A stretch of 38,379 nucleotides of DNA. Source: Melioribacteraceae bacterium (GTDB taxonomy: Bacteria > Bacteroidota > Ignavibacteria > Ignavibacteriales > Melioribacteraceae). The position numbers were made by a program, and so were the translations under genes. This document shows, one piece after another, positions 20,001-27,016 of the stretch. The DNA is taken from the NCBI GenBank assembly GCA_041741395.1, contig JBGSKB010000112.1, positions 1 through 38,379 on the forward strand, given 5' to 3'. Each line of letters opens with the position of its first letter. Position 1 is the stretch's first letter. The notes beneath the pieces were generated by a model. The model was not told where the DNA came from and made no database searches. It saw only the letters and a list, made by a program, of their open reading frames with translations.

Positions 20001-20666
20001 AACGGTTTTAATAAGTCCATCTAAACCTTTAAAATTAACCGTAAGAAATGTTCTACTTAAAAAATCTTGTTTTTCTGCATTAGTTGTATAGTGAGAACTT
20101 TGAATAATCATCTGCTCAAGAACATCCATAAAATAATTCCATTGAGCTTCTTCAGTATCACCAACAATTCCAATTACATCTCTGTATTTTCTCAACTCAG
20201 CTACATCATCACCTAAAACAAATTTATACATTAAATCTAAATGAGATTCTGTAACCGGCGGAGTTCCAACCGAATAATCATGGGAATTTAGAATATTTAA
20301 AGTCTGTTCTTTCGTTTTGGAGTCAACAGCTTCCGTATCAATAAAATATTTTAATTTATTCTCGAAATTCTGTTTTTTTTCTCTATATTGAAAAGCTTTT
20401 GAATCTTCGTGAGGAAAAAGCATTAAAGAAACATCAATATAACCCGGAATTGATTCTTTCAATTCTAATAATAGTTTATCAATTTCTGCATTTTGTTTTG
20501 AGGGATCAACCGGTTCTTCATAGCAAATTCTAACAAAATTTTTAAGCAGATTTAGAGTATCATTGGGCATAAAGTTTTCTGCTCTTTCACCTAATGATTT
20601 AAAAAGATTTATATAATCATGTGCTTCAGATCTCAATTTGACCTTTGGTTTTTCTGTTATTTGCAT
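14028..20666 (-). CDS. Giant 2212-aa multidomain protein: PLP aminotransferase class I/II-like module plus HprK/PEPCK-like P-loop kinase module, remainder unassigned
   Basis: A single uninterrupted 6.6-kb ORF. Aminotransferase-fold motifs: IVINDPSNPSG (aa 669-676, nt 18639..18662), LLLDEAYSD, SSLSTTK(746)NLGATGSRLGSL (Lys codon nt 18429..18431), GIAIIPYQTGFLRFSIG. Kinase motifs: MPIHGSLFAIEEEDGSIFVIQVDGDSGVGKSE (Walker A nt 15588..15611), then LIAGDMFYVF and GIGTEEGDF. No signal peptide or TM helix seen. Confidence 0.8.
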   Translation of the reverse strand: MQITEKPKVKLRSEAHDYINLFKSLGERAENFMPNDTLNLLKNFVRICYEEPVDPSKQNAEIDKLLLELKESIPGYIDVSLMLFPHEDSKAFQYREKKQNFENKLKYFIDTEAVDSKTKEQTLNILNSHDYSVGTPPVTESHLDLMYKFVLGDDVAELRKYRDVIGIVGDTEEAQWNYFMDVLEQMIIQSSHYTTNAEKQDFLSRTFLTVNFKGLDGLIKTVVGGSSDTVVELFSNEIFNKNDVKVIEFKNPEDLSKQIELDTTSIFIVKIENMRKNIFNNKKWFPYLTRIVLVDDSPESKSTNTSLVFAFHNKIINTLNKVHTKKLGALANSQLNLRLILDKVNDENLEKFRNCAEQKIADYNEELKQFKLEQLGETENHLKNLYLFKFNNFVKQIIRDKYSLTKLKDFIVLVQNCKNPKSLQKINKALIAEFESRTKSYFYSNIEQVNIATIIEGGGRGQIRTYGNYLLQRKLKSLDPKVISKCKTIIDIIPDNYQRTLKNHFHKNFGLNLFLEKYKEYITKVQNESDNTGRFYNLLIDLGIKESYETKSESEKEIIKEFISNLSNLEITSVADDVQMIIRDILSDRVLMPYILFNQEASWEYKDLFPEDRFDINPFDLEIGLDESGRIDFERLFLRLNRMKNNFQLFDDTGSLWDRFCENLTIVINDPSNPSGYTDFNNVSLIKLLKFLNNSKITLLLDEAYSDSVKIEDPKEPKWRTISRYIMNNISAMGNISAVSSLSTTKNLGATGSRLGSLIATPARKDVIDFAKEQNGIEKGNTNSLYILVNTLETAQLAKKIKDRMERELPKEASRYKIKARIEKYITDEIENFNDKKEIANQGKSAKRFSPFEGSPLHLFLLDELTSLDKLDVLDLPDDFKYKGEPFFSYYQKHLVTEINKFRVNKNFGAESIKRLKIAKEVASKILDEPDNNFVEVLPSDGSYLFNLKLTDKFFYQDLEKFTKRLAQERGIAIIPYQTGFLRFSIGDYVQGSEKSYDVFKKEFENALRIVLKYFKIFKNEKAKLENSEKRTDDILDEIFSSPTDKDFIKNILSDFEIIKNIKKQKKNSLTISNIMTLYHSFPKDCGVTINSLNKSQNSVIEFYENIGECRDLGSFIKSKAFSKIYENLLPQIYKSIPQIKNLDFNTVINRFGKPTIQKYIDNKMDYKPNYHVLDDPDEIIIMKEILIEMERILFSDSKVKIMALNASEDFAGDIAKLEGTNIVLRKYIRELLLHFNLPFEQESIEPNYEQLLKTSVEKFNEVVGFSVHEFNLKQYANIFLDKIFKKLDDHIFSKKLDGIILSTLLNKILVPNLTIPEQLLYFYLLKKDDSFLNILNQKVQFLSSKLAQKENGEVKLFTEEFIFEIINSEVNEIINEIYRYKNEKITQEKLHQVSRDIILFFIKIINKTRSTEYYDKYTHILIKFVETQYRQQNSSINEMIQHGITLHQNYEFSNKTLSSFDDGSLKWIEEVMKKCGVIASEQPVQTHTRIVTDSKKREYAMHKVDRELDIQEERKYEDLNEYIKNLDTKPSAVFFKHRLSKFVKNMDADDYRCKIIKHGLVKVLYIIQKSYIKYLTDNHRLISADEVSLNDLKDFIPDVILFYGAPEKVISYPQIGYFNIKGPNGNIKTLVTPLKMKTDYFGNIKKPWLTMMNEKVKEMGGMPIHGSLFAIEEEDGSIFVIQVDGDSGVGKSEMLAAMMLKWLKKDLPGIRSIKLIAGDMFYVFPDAEGNLYGIGTEEGDFSRVTDFDPDFIKYYNSLFESAADSNVEDLNSRSTISGLCDIKMPYKIDIMLTASNFGRQEAGITVYKNPENFLLYRDSHGERKEKATSSDNPNFQRTLLRYTNDKNVVEIMDKHGNYLDDVLDWELDEFTGKYYLCSSYKLIDKIDIEEVVNKIFDKKIFKHTDGIKYKIDSVKFDIIKNRFIANCIDSKSEESSIKEILVDRTIFSSFFNSLASTPAGQPFVAEESQYEMKKHLVNILKGGEKEKGAGRHIQFGILSTDLGRKGKEISGPQAAAQDMVKMIQEVRISKPEINKNKNYIRNIVKEKYPHIFSDEKQNAEVNRYNFFLFQLEQMRKAEFVRIDNEKVSVDLTSIKGFGPVEKKKEFSPLLVTPNINVELSGYTETYEQLMDLPNNESFADEFYKDCDKLYIANGYSKSTIENNMILQLLFMNGYINLEDITRGRITEKVNRETLAAAKFAVVKKLKEKIKK

Positions 20667-20974
20667 ATTATTATAATATTATTAGTAAAAAGTTAATTTT
20701 TTGATTGTAAAGGTAGATAAAAGTTTTTTTCGTCATTAACTTTATTAAAAAAAACAGCTTATTATATACCTAAAAAGAGAAGGAAAAATTTGTAAAAATT
20801 ACTTCTTGATCTAAATATACTTAACTTTTTTATTTTTTTTTCGATACTAGGGGGATAAATTAAGAAAATATGATTCTTGTTAAAATCGAAAAAAGAATAA
20901 ATAATAAAATTTCCCCCCAAATTTTGTTTCTTTTTCATCATTTTGCATAAAAAGCAAAGGGTAGTAAAAAAGTA

Positions 20975-21003
20975 TTGACTTTAAAGTCAAAAAACCTTAT
21001 ATA
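20975..21003 (+). promoter_or_regulatory. Sigma-70-type promoter candidate for the sigma factor gene
   Basis: TTGACT (20975..20980), 17-nt spacer, TATATA (20998..21003), about 70 nt upstream of the start codon. The -35 element is half of a perfect 16-bp palindrome, TTGACTTTAAAGTCAA (20975..20990). Confidence 0.5.
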
Positions 21004-21076
21004 CTCTGGATTTTTTTCGCAAATAAGTTTCAGTGTCTTAATTTGAGAATTTCTATAAATTAACGGAGTACCTTAA

Positions 21077-21937
21077 TTGAAAATCACTAAACAAATAACC
21101 AACAGAGAAAGTCAATCGTTGGACAAATATTTCCAAGAAATTGGCAAAGTGGATCTTATTACCCCAGAGGAAGAGATCGATTTGGCAATTAAAATTAGAG
21201 AAGGGAATAAAGCTGCTTTAGATAAGCTTACAAAAGCTAATTTAAGGTTTGTGGTAAGTGTTGCTAAACAATACCAACATCAAGGATTACCACTAAGCGA
21301 TTTGATTAACGAAGGCAATCTTGGTTTGATTAAAGCTGCAAAGAAATTTGACGAAACGAGAGGATTTAAATTTATATCCTATGCCGTATGGTGGATTCGA
21401 CAATCAATTATGCAAGCTATCGCAGATCAATCAAGAATGGTTCGTTTACCTCTAAACAGAGTTGGAGAATTGTCCAAAATTTCTAAAGCTGCAAGCATGC
21501 TTGAACAAGAACTTGAAAGAAAACCAAGTGTTGAAGAAATTGCTCAAGAATTAGAAATGAATGTTGATGACGTTGCTTATACACTTCGTCATTCTGGAAG
21601 ACAAGTTTCTGTTGATGCTCCATTTTCACAAAGTGAAGATAGTAAAAGTAGTCTTTTAGATATTATGCCAAACGATGATCAACCTTCTCCAGATCATAGA
21701 TTAATGAGTGAATCATTAAGAAATGAAATTGAAAGAGTGCTTTCTACATTATCTGAAAAAGAAGCTACCGTAATTAAATTATATTTTGGATTTAATACTG
21801 AATATACAGCTACTTTGGAAGAAATTGGTGAAATATTAAACTTAACTCGTGAAAGAGTTAGACAAATTAAAGAGCAAGCTTTAAGAAAATTACGTCATGC
21901 TTCAAGAAGTAAAAAACTTAAAGTTTATCTTGGTTAA
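21077..21937 (+). CDS. rpoD: RNA polymerase sigma-70 family factor, compact primary-like (RpoD/SigA-type without region 1.1)
   Basis: Region 2 ([58 protein letters not shown]), region 3, and region 4 ([26 protein letters not shown]) are all present. TTG start with GGAG 8 nt upstream. The ~286-aa size matches primary sigma factors of the Bacteroidota type. Confidence 0.85.
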   Translation: MKITKQITNRESQSLDKYFQEIGKVDLITPEEEIDLAIKIREGNKAALDKLTKANLRFVVSVAKQYQHQGLPLSDLINEGNLGLIKAAKKFDETRGFKFISYAVWWIRQSIMQAIADQSRMVRLPLNRVGELSKISKAASMLEQELERKPSVEEIAQELEMNVDDVAYTLRHSGRQVSVDAPFSQSEDSKSSLLDIMPNDDQPSPDHRLMSESLRNEIERVLSTLSEKEATVIKLYFGFNTEYTATLEEIGEILNLTRERVRQIKEQALRKLRHASRSKKLKVYLG

Positions 21938-21958
21938 AACATAATTTGTATTCTTGCG

Positions 21959-21989
21959 AGCGGTTAGGGAAACTTAACCGCTTTTTTTA
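21959..21989 (+). terminator. Rho-independent terminator of the sigma factor gene
   Basis: AGCGGTTAGG-GAAA-CTTAACCGCT: 10-bp stem including one G-U pair, GNRA-type loop, followed by TTTTTTTAT. Begins 22 nt after the stop codon. Confidence 0.85.
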
Positions 21990-22007
21990 TGCCCTTTTCC
22001 ACCCAAA

Positions 22008-22195
22008 CTTCTTGATCTTAATCTTGCTCTTACACTTGATCTTTTTTCAAATCTTTTCCTTAACTCAAACAAATAAATTAACCCGTTAATTAATTTTTCT
22101 AAATTTTACCAATAACAAAACCTTCTAATATTTTGTAAAGAAAGAAATTGAAGAGCATATTAATTAAGAGTAAGATCAAGATTAAGATGAAGAGG
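22008..22195. repeat. Imperfect 26-bp inverted repeats separated by 136 bp, built from CTTGATCTT / AAGATCAAG motifs
   Basis: Left arm CTTCTTGATCTTAATCTTGCTCTTAC (22008..22033). The reverse complement of 22170..22195 is CCTCTTCATCTTAATCTTGATCTTAC, matching at 23 of 26 positions. An extra CTTGATCTT lies at 22035..22043. Confidence 0.7.
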
Positions 22196-22269
22196 TGAAT
22201 TAAAAACATTAGAATACTGCATAATTATAATTTAATTTATGCATCGGAATTTTAAATAATATTTTCTTA

Positions 22270-22299
22270 TTGACATTTTCCCTCAAAATATTTTATCTT
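22270..22299 (+). promoter_or_regulatory. Candidate trp operon promoter
   Basis: Perfect TTGACA at 22270..22275, with weak -10 candidates TTATCT/TATCTT 17-18 nt downstream. The predicted start would leave almost no 5' leader before the leader-peptide ATG, so the assignment is tentative. Confidence 0.3.
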
Positions 22300-22309
22300 G
22301 CACAGCATA

Positions 22310-22384
22310 ATGAACAAAATGAATTTAACATATTGCAAATCAAATAACTGGTCTTGGTGGTGGAACATATCTAATACTATGTAA
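22310..22384 (+). CDS. trpL: trp operon leader peptide (24 aa, MNKMNLTYCKSNNWSWWWNISNTM)
   Basis: Short ORF absent from the ORF track. It has four Trp codons within five positions (TGG at 22349, 22355, 22358, 22361). It lies 180 nt upstream of trpE and directly before a strong intrinsic terminator, the classic attenuation layout. Confidence 0.75.
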   Translation: MNKMNLTYCKSNNWSWWWNISNTM

Positions 22385-22407
22385 CCAGTGAAATATATTA
22401 GGAATTT

Positions 22408-22447
22408 AAAACCCTTCTTGGTAAATCACTGAGAAGGGTTTTTTGTT
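22408..22447 (+). terminator. Attenuator (rho-independent terminator) in the trp leader
   Basis: AAAACCCTTCT (22408..22418) pairs with AGAAGGGTTTT (22432..22442) across a 13-nt loop, followed by a T-run (TTTTTTGTT). Located between the leader ORF and trpE. Confidence 0.8.
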
Positions 22448-22567
22448 ATATAGATGAGTTTTTCTTAATCGCACTCTAAAATAAGATTGATATTATGAGC
22501 ACAATTTAAAGTAGGAATAAGATAATAAATAAAAATACGATATAAGTTAATTTCAATTAGGTATAAA

Positions 22568-24049
22568 ATGAAATTTGCAGAATTTGAAGAATTATCAAAA
22601 AAATATAATGTAATTCCCGTTTATGAAATTATTACAGCAGATCTTCTTACTCCAGTTTTAGCGTACATTAAAATTAGAGAAAAAAATAAATTCTCTTTTT
22701 TGCTTGAATCCGTTGAAGGAATTGGAAGATTAGCCCGATATTCATTCATCGGAACTTCGCCAAAAGAAATTATACAATCAGAAAACAATCATATTACAAT
22801 TACAAAAAATGGAAAATCAAAAATATTAGAAATTGAGCTGTTAGATTATTTACACAATTTGGTTGAAAAATATAATCATCCGCAAATTGAGGAACTGCCC
22901 GATCTTACTGGGGGAATAGTTGGTTATTTGGGATTTGAAATAATTTCTAAAATTGAGCCGACAATTTTATTTAACCAAAATATTGCTCAAGATTTTCCCA
23001 ATTCTATTTTAGGATTGTTTGATACAATAATTGCATTTGATCATTACAAACATAGAATAATTTTAATAGCAAATGTTTTTGCCGATGAAATTCAAAATCC
23101 GAATTCAGCTTATGACGAAGCAATTTTAAGAATTTCCGAAATAAAGAAAAAAATTGTTCGGCCAATTTCTTATCAAAATAAATTTAAAGCAATTTCTGAA
23201 TTTGAAGGGAAAATTAATCTTGAAGAATTTTCATCAATAATTAAAAAAATAAAAAACAATATTTATAATGGAGACGTTTTCCAACTTGTAATTTCCGAAA
23301 GATTTCACCAAGAGTTTGAAGGCGATTTGCTCAATGTTTATCGGGCTTTGCGAATTATAAATCCATCTCCATATATGTATTTTATGGAAATTAATGAGGA
23401 CTTAACAATTATCGGAACATCGCCGGAAGATTTGCTAAAAGTAAAAGATGGAAACGCAACAATTTTGCCAATTGCAGGAACCCGAAGACGCGGTAAAACT
23501 AAAGAAGAAGATTCACAGTTAGAAGTTGAATTAATGAATGATCAAAAAGAAATTGCTGAACATACGATGCTTGTTGATCTTGCGCGAAACGATCTTGGAA
23601 GAGTTTGCGAACACAATTCGGTTTATGTTTCCGAAATGAAAAAAGTTCAAAGATTTTCTCATGTTATGCATATTGTTTCTCGTGTTGAAGGAAAATTAAG
23701 AAATAATAAAAATTGTATTGATGCTTTGAAAGCAAGTTTTCCAGCTGGAACAGTTTCCGGTGCGCCAAAAATTAGAGCAATTCAACTAATAAATGATTAC
23801 GAAAAAGTAAGACGCGGACCTTACGCCGGCTCGGTGGGATATATTGATTTTAATGGAAACTTAGATATGTGTATTGCAATTAGAACTTTTTTTGCAAATA
23901 AAAATATAATTTATTGGCAAGCCGGTGCTGGTATTGTTGCAGACAGCAAACCGGAATTAGAATTGAAAGAAATTCAAAATAAATCGGCAGTTTTAGTAAG
24001 TGCGTTAAAATTTGCAGAGGAAATTGATGAAAATATTAGTAATAGATAA
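22568..24049 (+). CDS. trpE: Anthranilate synthase component I
   Basis: FLLESVEGIGRLARYSFIG, IAGTRRRG, LVDLARNDLGRV, FPAGTVSGAPKIRA and GPYAGSVGY motifs. First gene after the attenuator. Confidence 0.95.
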   Translation: MKFAEFEELSKKYNVIPVYEIITADLLTPVLAYIKIREKNKFSFLLESVEGIGRLARYSFIGTSPKEIIQSENNHITITKNGKSKILEIELLDYLHNLVEKYNHPQIEELPDLTGGIVGYLGFEIISKIEPTILFNQNIAQDFPNSILGLFDTIIAFDHYKHRIILIANVFADEIQNPNSAYDEAILRISEIKKKIVRPISYQNKFKAISEFEGKINLEEFSSIIKKIKNNIYNGDVFQLVISERFHQEFEGDLLNVYRALRIINPSPYMYFMEINEDLTIIGTSPEDLLKVKDGNATILPIAGTRRRGKTKEEDSQLEVELMNDQKEIAEHTMLVDLARNDLGRVCEHNSVYVSEMKKVQRFSHVMHIVSRVEGKLRNNKNCIDALKASFPAGTVSGAPKIRAIQLINDYEKVRRGPYAGSVGYIDFNGNLDMCIAIRTFFANKNIIYWQAGAGIVADSKPELELKEIQNKSAVLVSALKFAEEIDENISNR

Positions 24050-24593
24050 TTACGATTCTTTTACATATAATCTTGTACAGCTTGTTGGAAAATTTACATG
24101 CGATATAAATGTTAAACGAAACGATGAAATAAATATTGATGAAATTAAAAAGTTAAATCCAGATAAAATTTTAATTTCTCCAGGTCCAGGCAGACCAGAA
24201 GATTCTAATATTTCGTTAGCTGTTATTCAAGAATTAGGAAAAACAATTCCCGTACTTGGTGTTTGTCTTTGTCACCAAGGAATAGGTTATTGTTTTGGAT
24301 CAACAATCACTAACGCTCCAAAACTTATGCATGGAAAAACATCTAAAGTTTTGCATGATGGAAAAACAATTTATAAAAACATTCCACAATATTTTGATGC
24401 GGGAAGATACCACTCACTGGTTATTGACAGATCAACACTTTCTGAAGATTTGGAAATTACTTCGTTTACAGAAGATGAAATAATTATGGGAGTTCGTCAT
24501 AAAAAATATCCAATTGAGGGAATCCAATTTCATCCAGAATCAATCTTAACTCCCGAGGGAGAAAATTTAATTAAAAATTGGTTGGAATTATGA
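24027..24593 (+). CDS. trpG: Anthranilate synthase component II (glutamine amidotransferase)
   Basis: MKILVIDNYDSFTYNLVQ, the catalytic-Cys motif PVLGVCLCHQ, and GIQFHPES. I prefer the ATG at 24027 (AGAGG upstream) over the tracked TTG at 24012. Overlaps the trpE 3' end. Confidence 0.9.
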   Translation: MKILVIDNYDSFTYNLVQLVGKFTCDINVKRNDEINIDEIKKLNPDKILISPGPGRPEDSNISLAVIQELGKTIPVLGVCLCHQGIGYCFGSTITNAPKLMHGKTSKVLHDGKTIYKNIPQYFDAGRYHSLVIDRSTLSEDLEITSFTEDEIIMGVRHKKYPIEGIQFHPESILTPEGENLIKNWLEL

Positions 24594-25609
24594 AAGAACA
24601 ATTAGAAAAAGTTATTGCCGGAGAAAGTTTAACATTTCAAGAAGCATACAATGTTATGTACTCAATAATGAGCGGAAACGAAAACAATTCTAAAATTGCA
24701 TCATTGCTTACAGCACTAAAAATAAAGGGCGAAACCTCGGAAGAAGTTGCCGGATTTGTAAAGGCAATGCGAGAAAAAGTTATAAATATTAGTTGTGAAA
24801 AAGAAAGAGTTATAGATGTTTGTGGAACCGGTGGCGACGGTTCGGGAACATTTAATATTTCTACAGCCGTTTCTTTTGTTGTAGCCGGCGCCGGGGTGAA
24901 TGTTGCAAAACATGGAAATCGTTCAATCTCAAGTAAAAGCGGAAGTTCTGATGTTTTACACGAACTTGGAGTTGATGTTCAGCTCAATCCCGAATTATCT
25001 GAAAAAGCATTAAATGAAATTGGAATTGCATTTTTGTTTGCACCGCTTTATCATCCGGCAATGAAGCATGTTGCGCCAATTAGAAAAGAGTTAGAGTTTA
25101 GATCAATCTTTAATATTCTTGGTCCGCTTACCAATCCAGCTGGAGTTAAACGTCAACTAATTGGAACTTTCAGTGATAAAACAGCACAACTTATGAGCGA
25201 AGCAATAAAATTATTGGAGATGGAAAAAGTAACATTTTTGTGTACAAATAATTCGTACGATGAAATAACTTTAACAGACTCCACAAAAGTTTATGAAGTA
25301 AATCAAGATCATTCAATGTATTACTATTCTTTAACTAATGAAAACTTTGGCTTCCCAAAAATAACTTTAGAAAATATTCAAGGTGGAAACGCAAAGGAAA
25401 ATGCAGAAATTATTTACGATATTTTTTCGAATAAAAATATCGGTCCGGCATACGATGTTGTGATTGCCAATGCAGCATTAGCTTTGAAGACTTCGGGAAT
25501 TTCGGATAATTTACTTGATTGTAAACAGATTGCTGAAGAATCAATAAAGTCTAGCGCAACATTAAATAAGTTAAATGAATTAAAAGAATTTGGTGAAAAA
25601 TACAAATGA
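24590..25609 (+). CDS. trpD: Anthranilate phosphoribosyltransferase
   Basis: CGTGGDGSGTFNISTA, NVAKHGNRSISSKSGSSDVL and NILGPLTNPA motifs. The ATG at 24590 forms an ATGA overlap with the trpG stop, so I prefer it over the tracked TTG at 24578. Confidence 0.9.
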   Translation: MKEQLEKVIAGESLTFQEAYNVMYSIMSGNENNSKIASLLTALKIKGETSEEVAGFVKAMREKVINISCEKERVIDVCGTGGDGSGTFNISTAVSFVVAGAGVNVAKHGNRSISSKSGSSDVLHELGVDVQLNPELSEKALNEIGIAFLFAPLYHPAMKHVAPIRKELEFRSIFNILGPLTNPAGVKRQLIGTFSDKTAQLMSEAIKLLEMEKVTFLCTNNSYDEITLTDSTKVYEVNQDHSMYYYSLTNENFGFPKITLENIQGGNAKENAEIIYDIFSNKNIGPAYDVVIANAALALKTSGISDNLLDCKQIAEESIKSSATLNKLNELKEFGEKYK

Positions 25610-26400
25610 CAATTCTAGATGAAATAATTTCTGTAAAAAGAGAAGAAGTAAAATATCTTAAGCAAAATTTTACTTTAAGCAGATATAAAGATTCTGAATA
25701 TTTCCAAAAAGAAAAAATGAGTTTGTTCAATTCGTTAAATAAGAAAAATAGAATATCAATAATTGCAGAAATAAAAAAAGCAAGTCCGTCAAAAGGAATA
25801 ATTCGTGAGGATTTTAATCATTTACAAATTGCAGACATTTATATGAATTGCGAAGTTGATGCAATTTCAATTCTTACTGATCAAAAATTTTTCATGGGAA
25901 ATATTTCTTACTTAAAAGATATTGCAAAAATTAAAACTGTTCCATTACTAAGAAAAGATTTTATAATTGATGAATATCAAATCTATGAAGCTAAATCGAA
26001 CGGAGCAGATGCAATATTATTGATTGCAGAAGTTTTGTCAAAAAATCAAATTGCTGAATTGACAAATGCAGCCGAAGAAATTGATTTAGAAGTTTTGTTG
26101 GAACTACATTCGGTTGAAGAAATTGAAAAAATAAAATTTTCTCTAAATAAAATAATTGGCGTAAATAATAGAGATTTGAAAACATTTAAAGTTGATTTAG
26201 AAACCACAAAAAATATTGGAAAATTAATTCCGCAAGAAAATTTATTGGTTTCGGAAAGCGGAATATCAAAAAAGCAAGATATGAATTTTATAAAATCCAT
26301 AAAAGCTAATGCTGTATTGGCTGGTGAACATTTTATGAAATCAAAAAAAATTGAAAATGATTTAAAGATGTTTAAAGAAATGTGTTATTATGAAAATTAA
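25606..26400 (+). CDS. trpC: Indole-3-glycerol phosphate synthase
   Basis: IIAEIKKASPSKGIIR, AISILTD, LLRKDFIIDEYQIYEA, GVNNRDLKTF motifs. ATGA overlap with the trpD stop. Confidence 0.9.
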   Translation: MTILDEIISVKREEVKYLKQNFTLSRYKDSEYFQKEKMSLFNSLNKKNRISIIAEIKKASPSKGIIREDFNHLQIADIYMNCEVDAISILTDQKFFMGNISYLKDIAKIKTVPLLRKDFIIDEYQIYEAKSNGADAILLIAEVLSKNQIAELTNAAEEIDLEVLLELHSVEEIEKIKFSLNKIIGVNNRDLKTFKVDLETTKNIGKLIPQENLLVSESGISKKQDMNFIKSIKANAVLAGEHFMKSKKIENDLKMFKEMCYYEN

Positions 26401-27016
26401 AATTTGTGGAATTACAAATTACGAAGACGCAAAAATAGCTTCAGATTTGGGCGCAGATGCAATTGGTTTTATTTTTTATAAAAATAGTAAACGATTTGTT
26501 TCACCTGAAAATGTAAAAAATATTGTTGATAAATTACCGCCATTTTTAACTAAAGTTGGAGTGTTTGTTAATGAAGAAGCGGATATTGTAAATCAAATTA
26601 TGAAAAGTTGTAAATTAAATATTGCACAGTTACATGGAGATGAAAATTTAGAATATATCTACAAAATAAATTATCCAATTGTAAAAGCCTTACGAGTTTC
26701 TCAGAATTATGATTACAATATTTTATCAGAGTATTCCCAACATAATATTTTGCTTGATACTTATAATGATGAAAATTTTGGTGGAACCGGAGAAAGTTTT
26801 AAGTGGGAAAATATTCCCTTCGAAATAAAACAAAAAATAATCTTAGCTGGCGGAGTTTCTGAAAATAATCTTGAAGAAATATTTAAGAAAATAAATCCTT
26901 ACGCAATTGATGTTTCGTCATCATTAGAAATATTTCCGGGGAAAAAAGATCATGAAAGACTAATAAAACTTTTTTGGAAACTAAATGAATTAAGAAAAGA
27001 AATAGAACACAGATAA
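26390..27016 (+). CDS. trpF: Phosphoribosylanthranilate isomerase
   Basis: MKIKICGIT..DA......GADAIGFIF, AQLHGDE, GGTGESF, LAGG motifs. 11-nt overlap with trpC. Confidence 0.9.
   Translation: MKIKICGITNYEDAKIASDLGADAIGFIFYKNSKRFVSPENVKNIVDKLPPFLTKVGVFVNEEADIVNQIMKSCKLNIAQLHGDENLEYIYKINYPIVKALRVSQNYDYNILSEYSQHNILLDTYNDENFGGTGESFKWENIPFEIKQKIILAGGVSENNLEEIFKKINPYAIDVSSSLEIFPGKKDHERLIKLFWKLNELRKEIEHR

Noticed and set aside
14615-20091. Plus-strand ORFs 14615..14812, 14794..15042, 17446..17679, 18272..18460 and 19828..20091 inside the giant gene.
   Set aside because: They are short F/L/I/S-rich antisense frames of an AT-rich 6.6-kb ORF and carry no motifs.
22384-22431. An attempt to define the trp antiterminator helix precisely.
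   Set aside because: I found only 5-6-bp candidate pairings by eye, and they overlap the terminator stem marginally. The attenuator call therefore rests on the leader peptide plus terminator, and the antiterminator remains unresolved pending computational folding.
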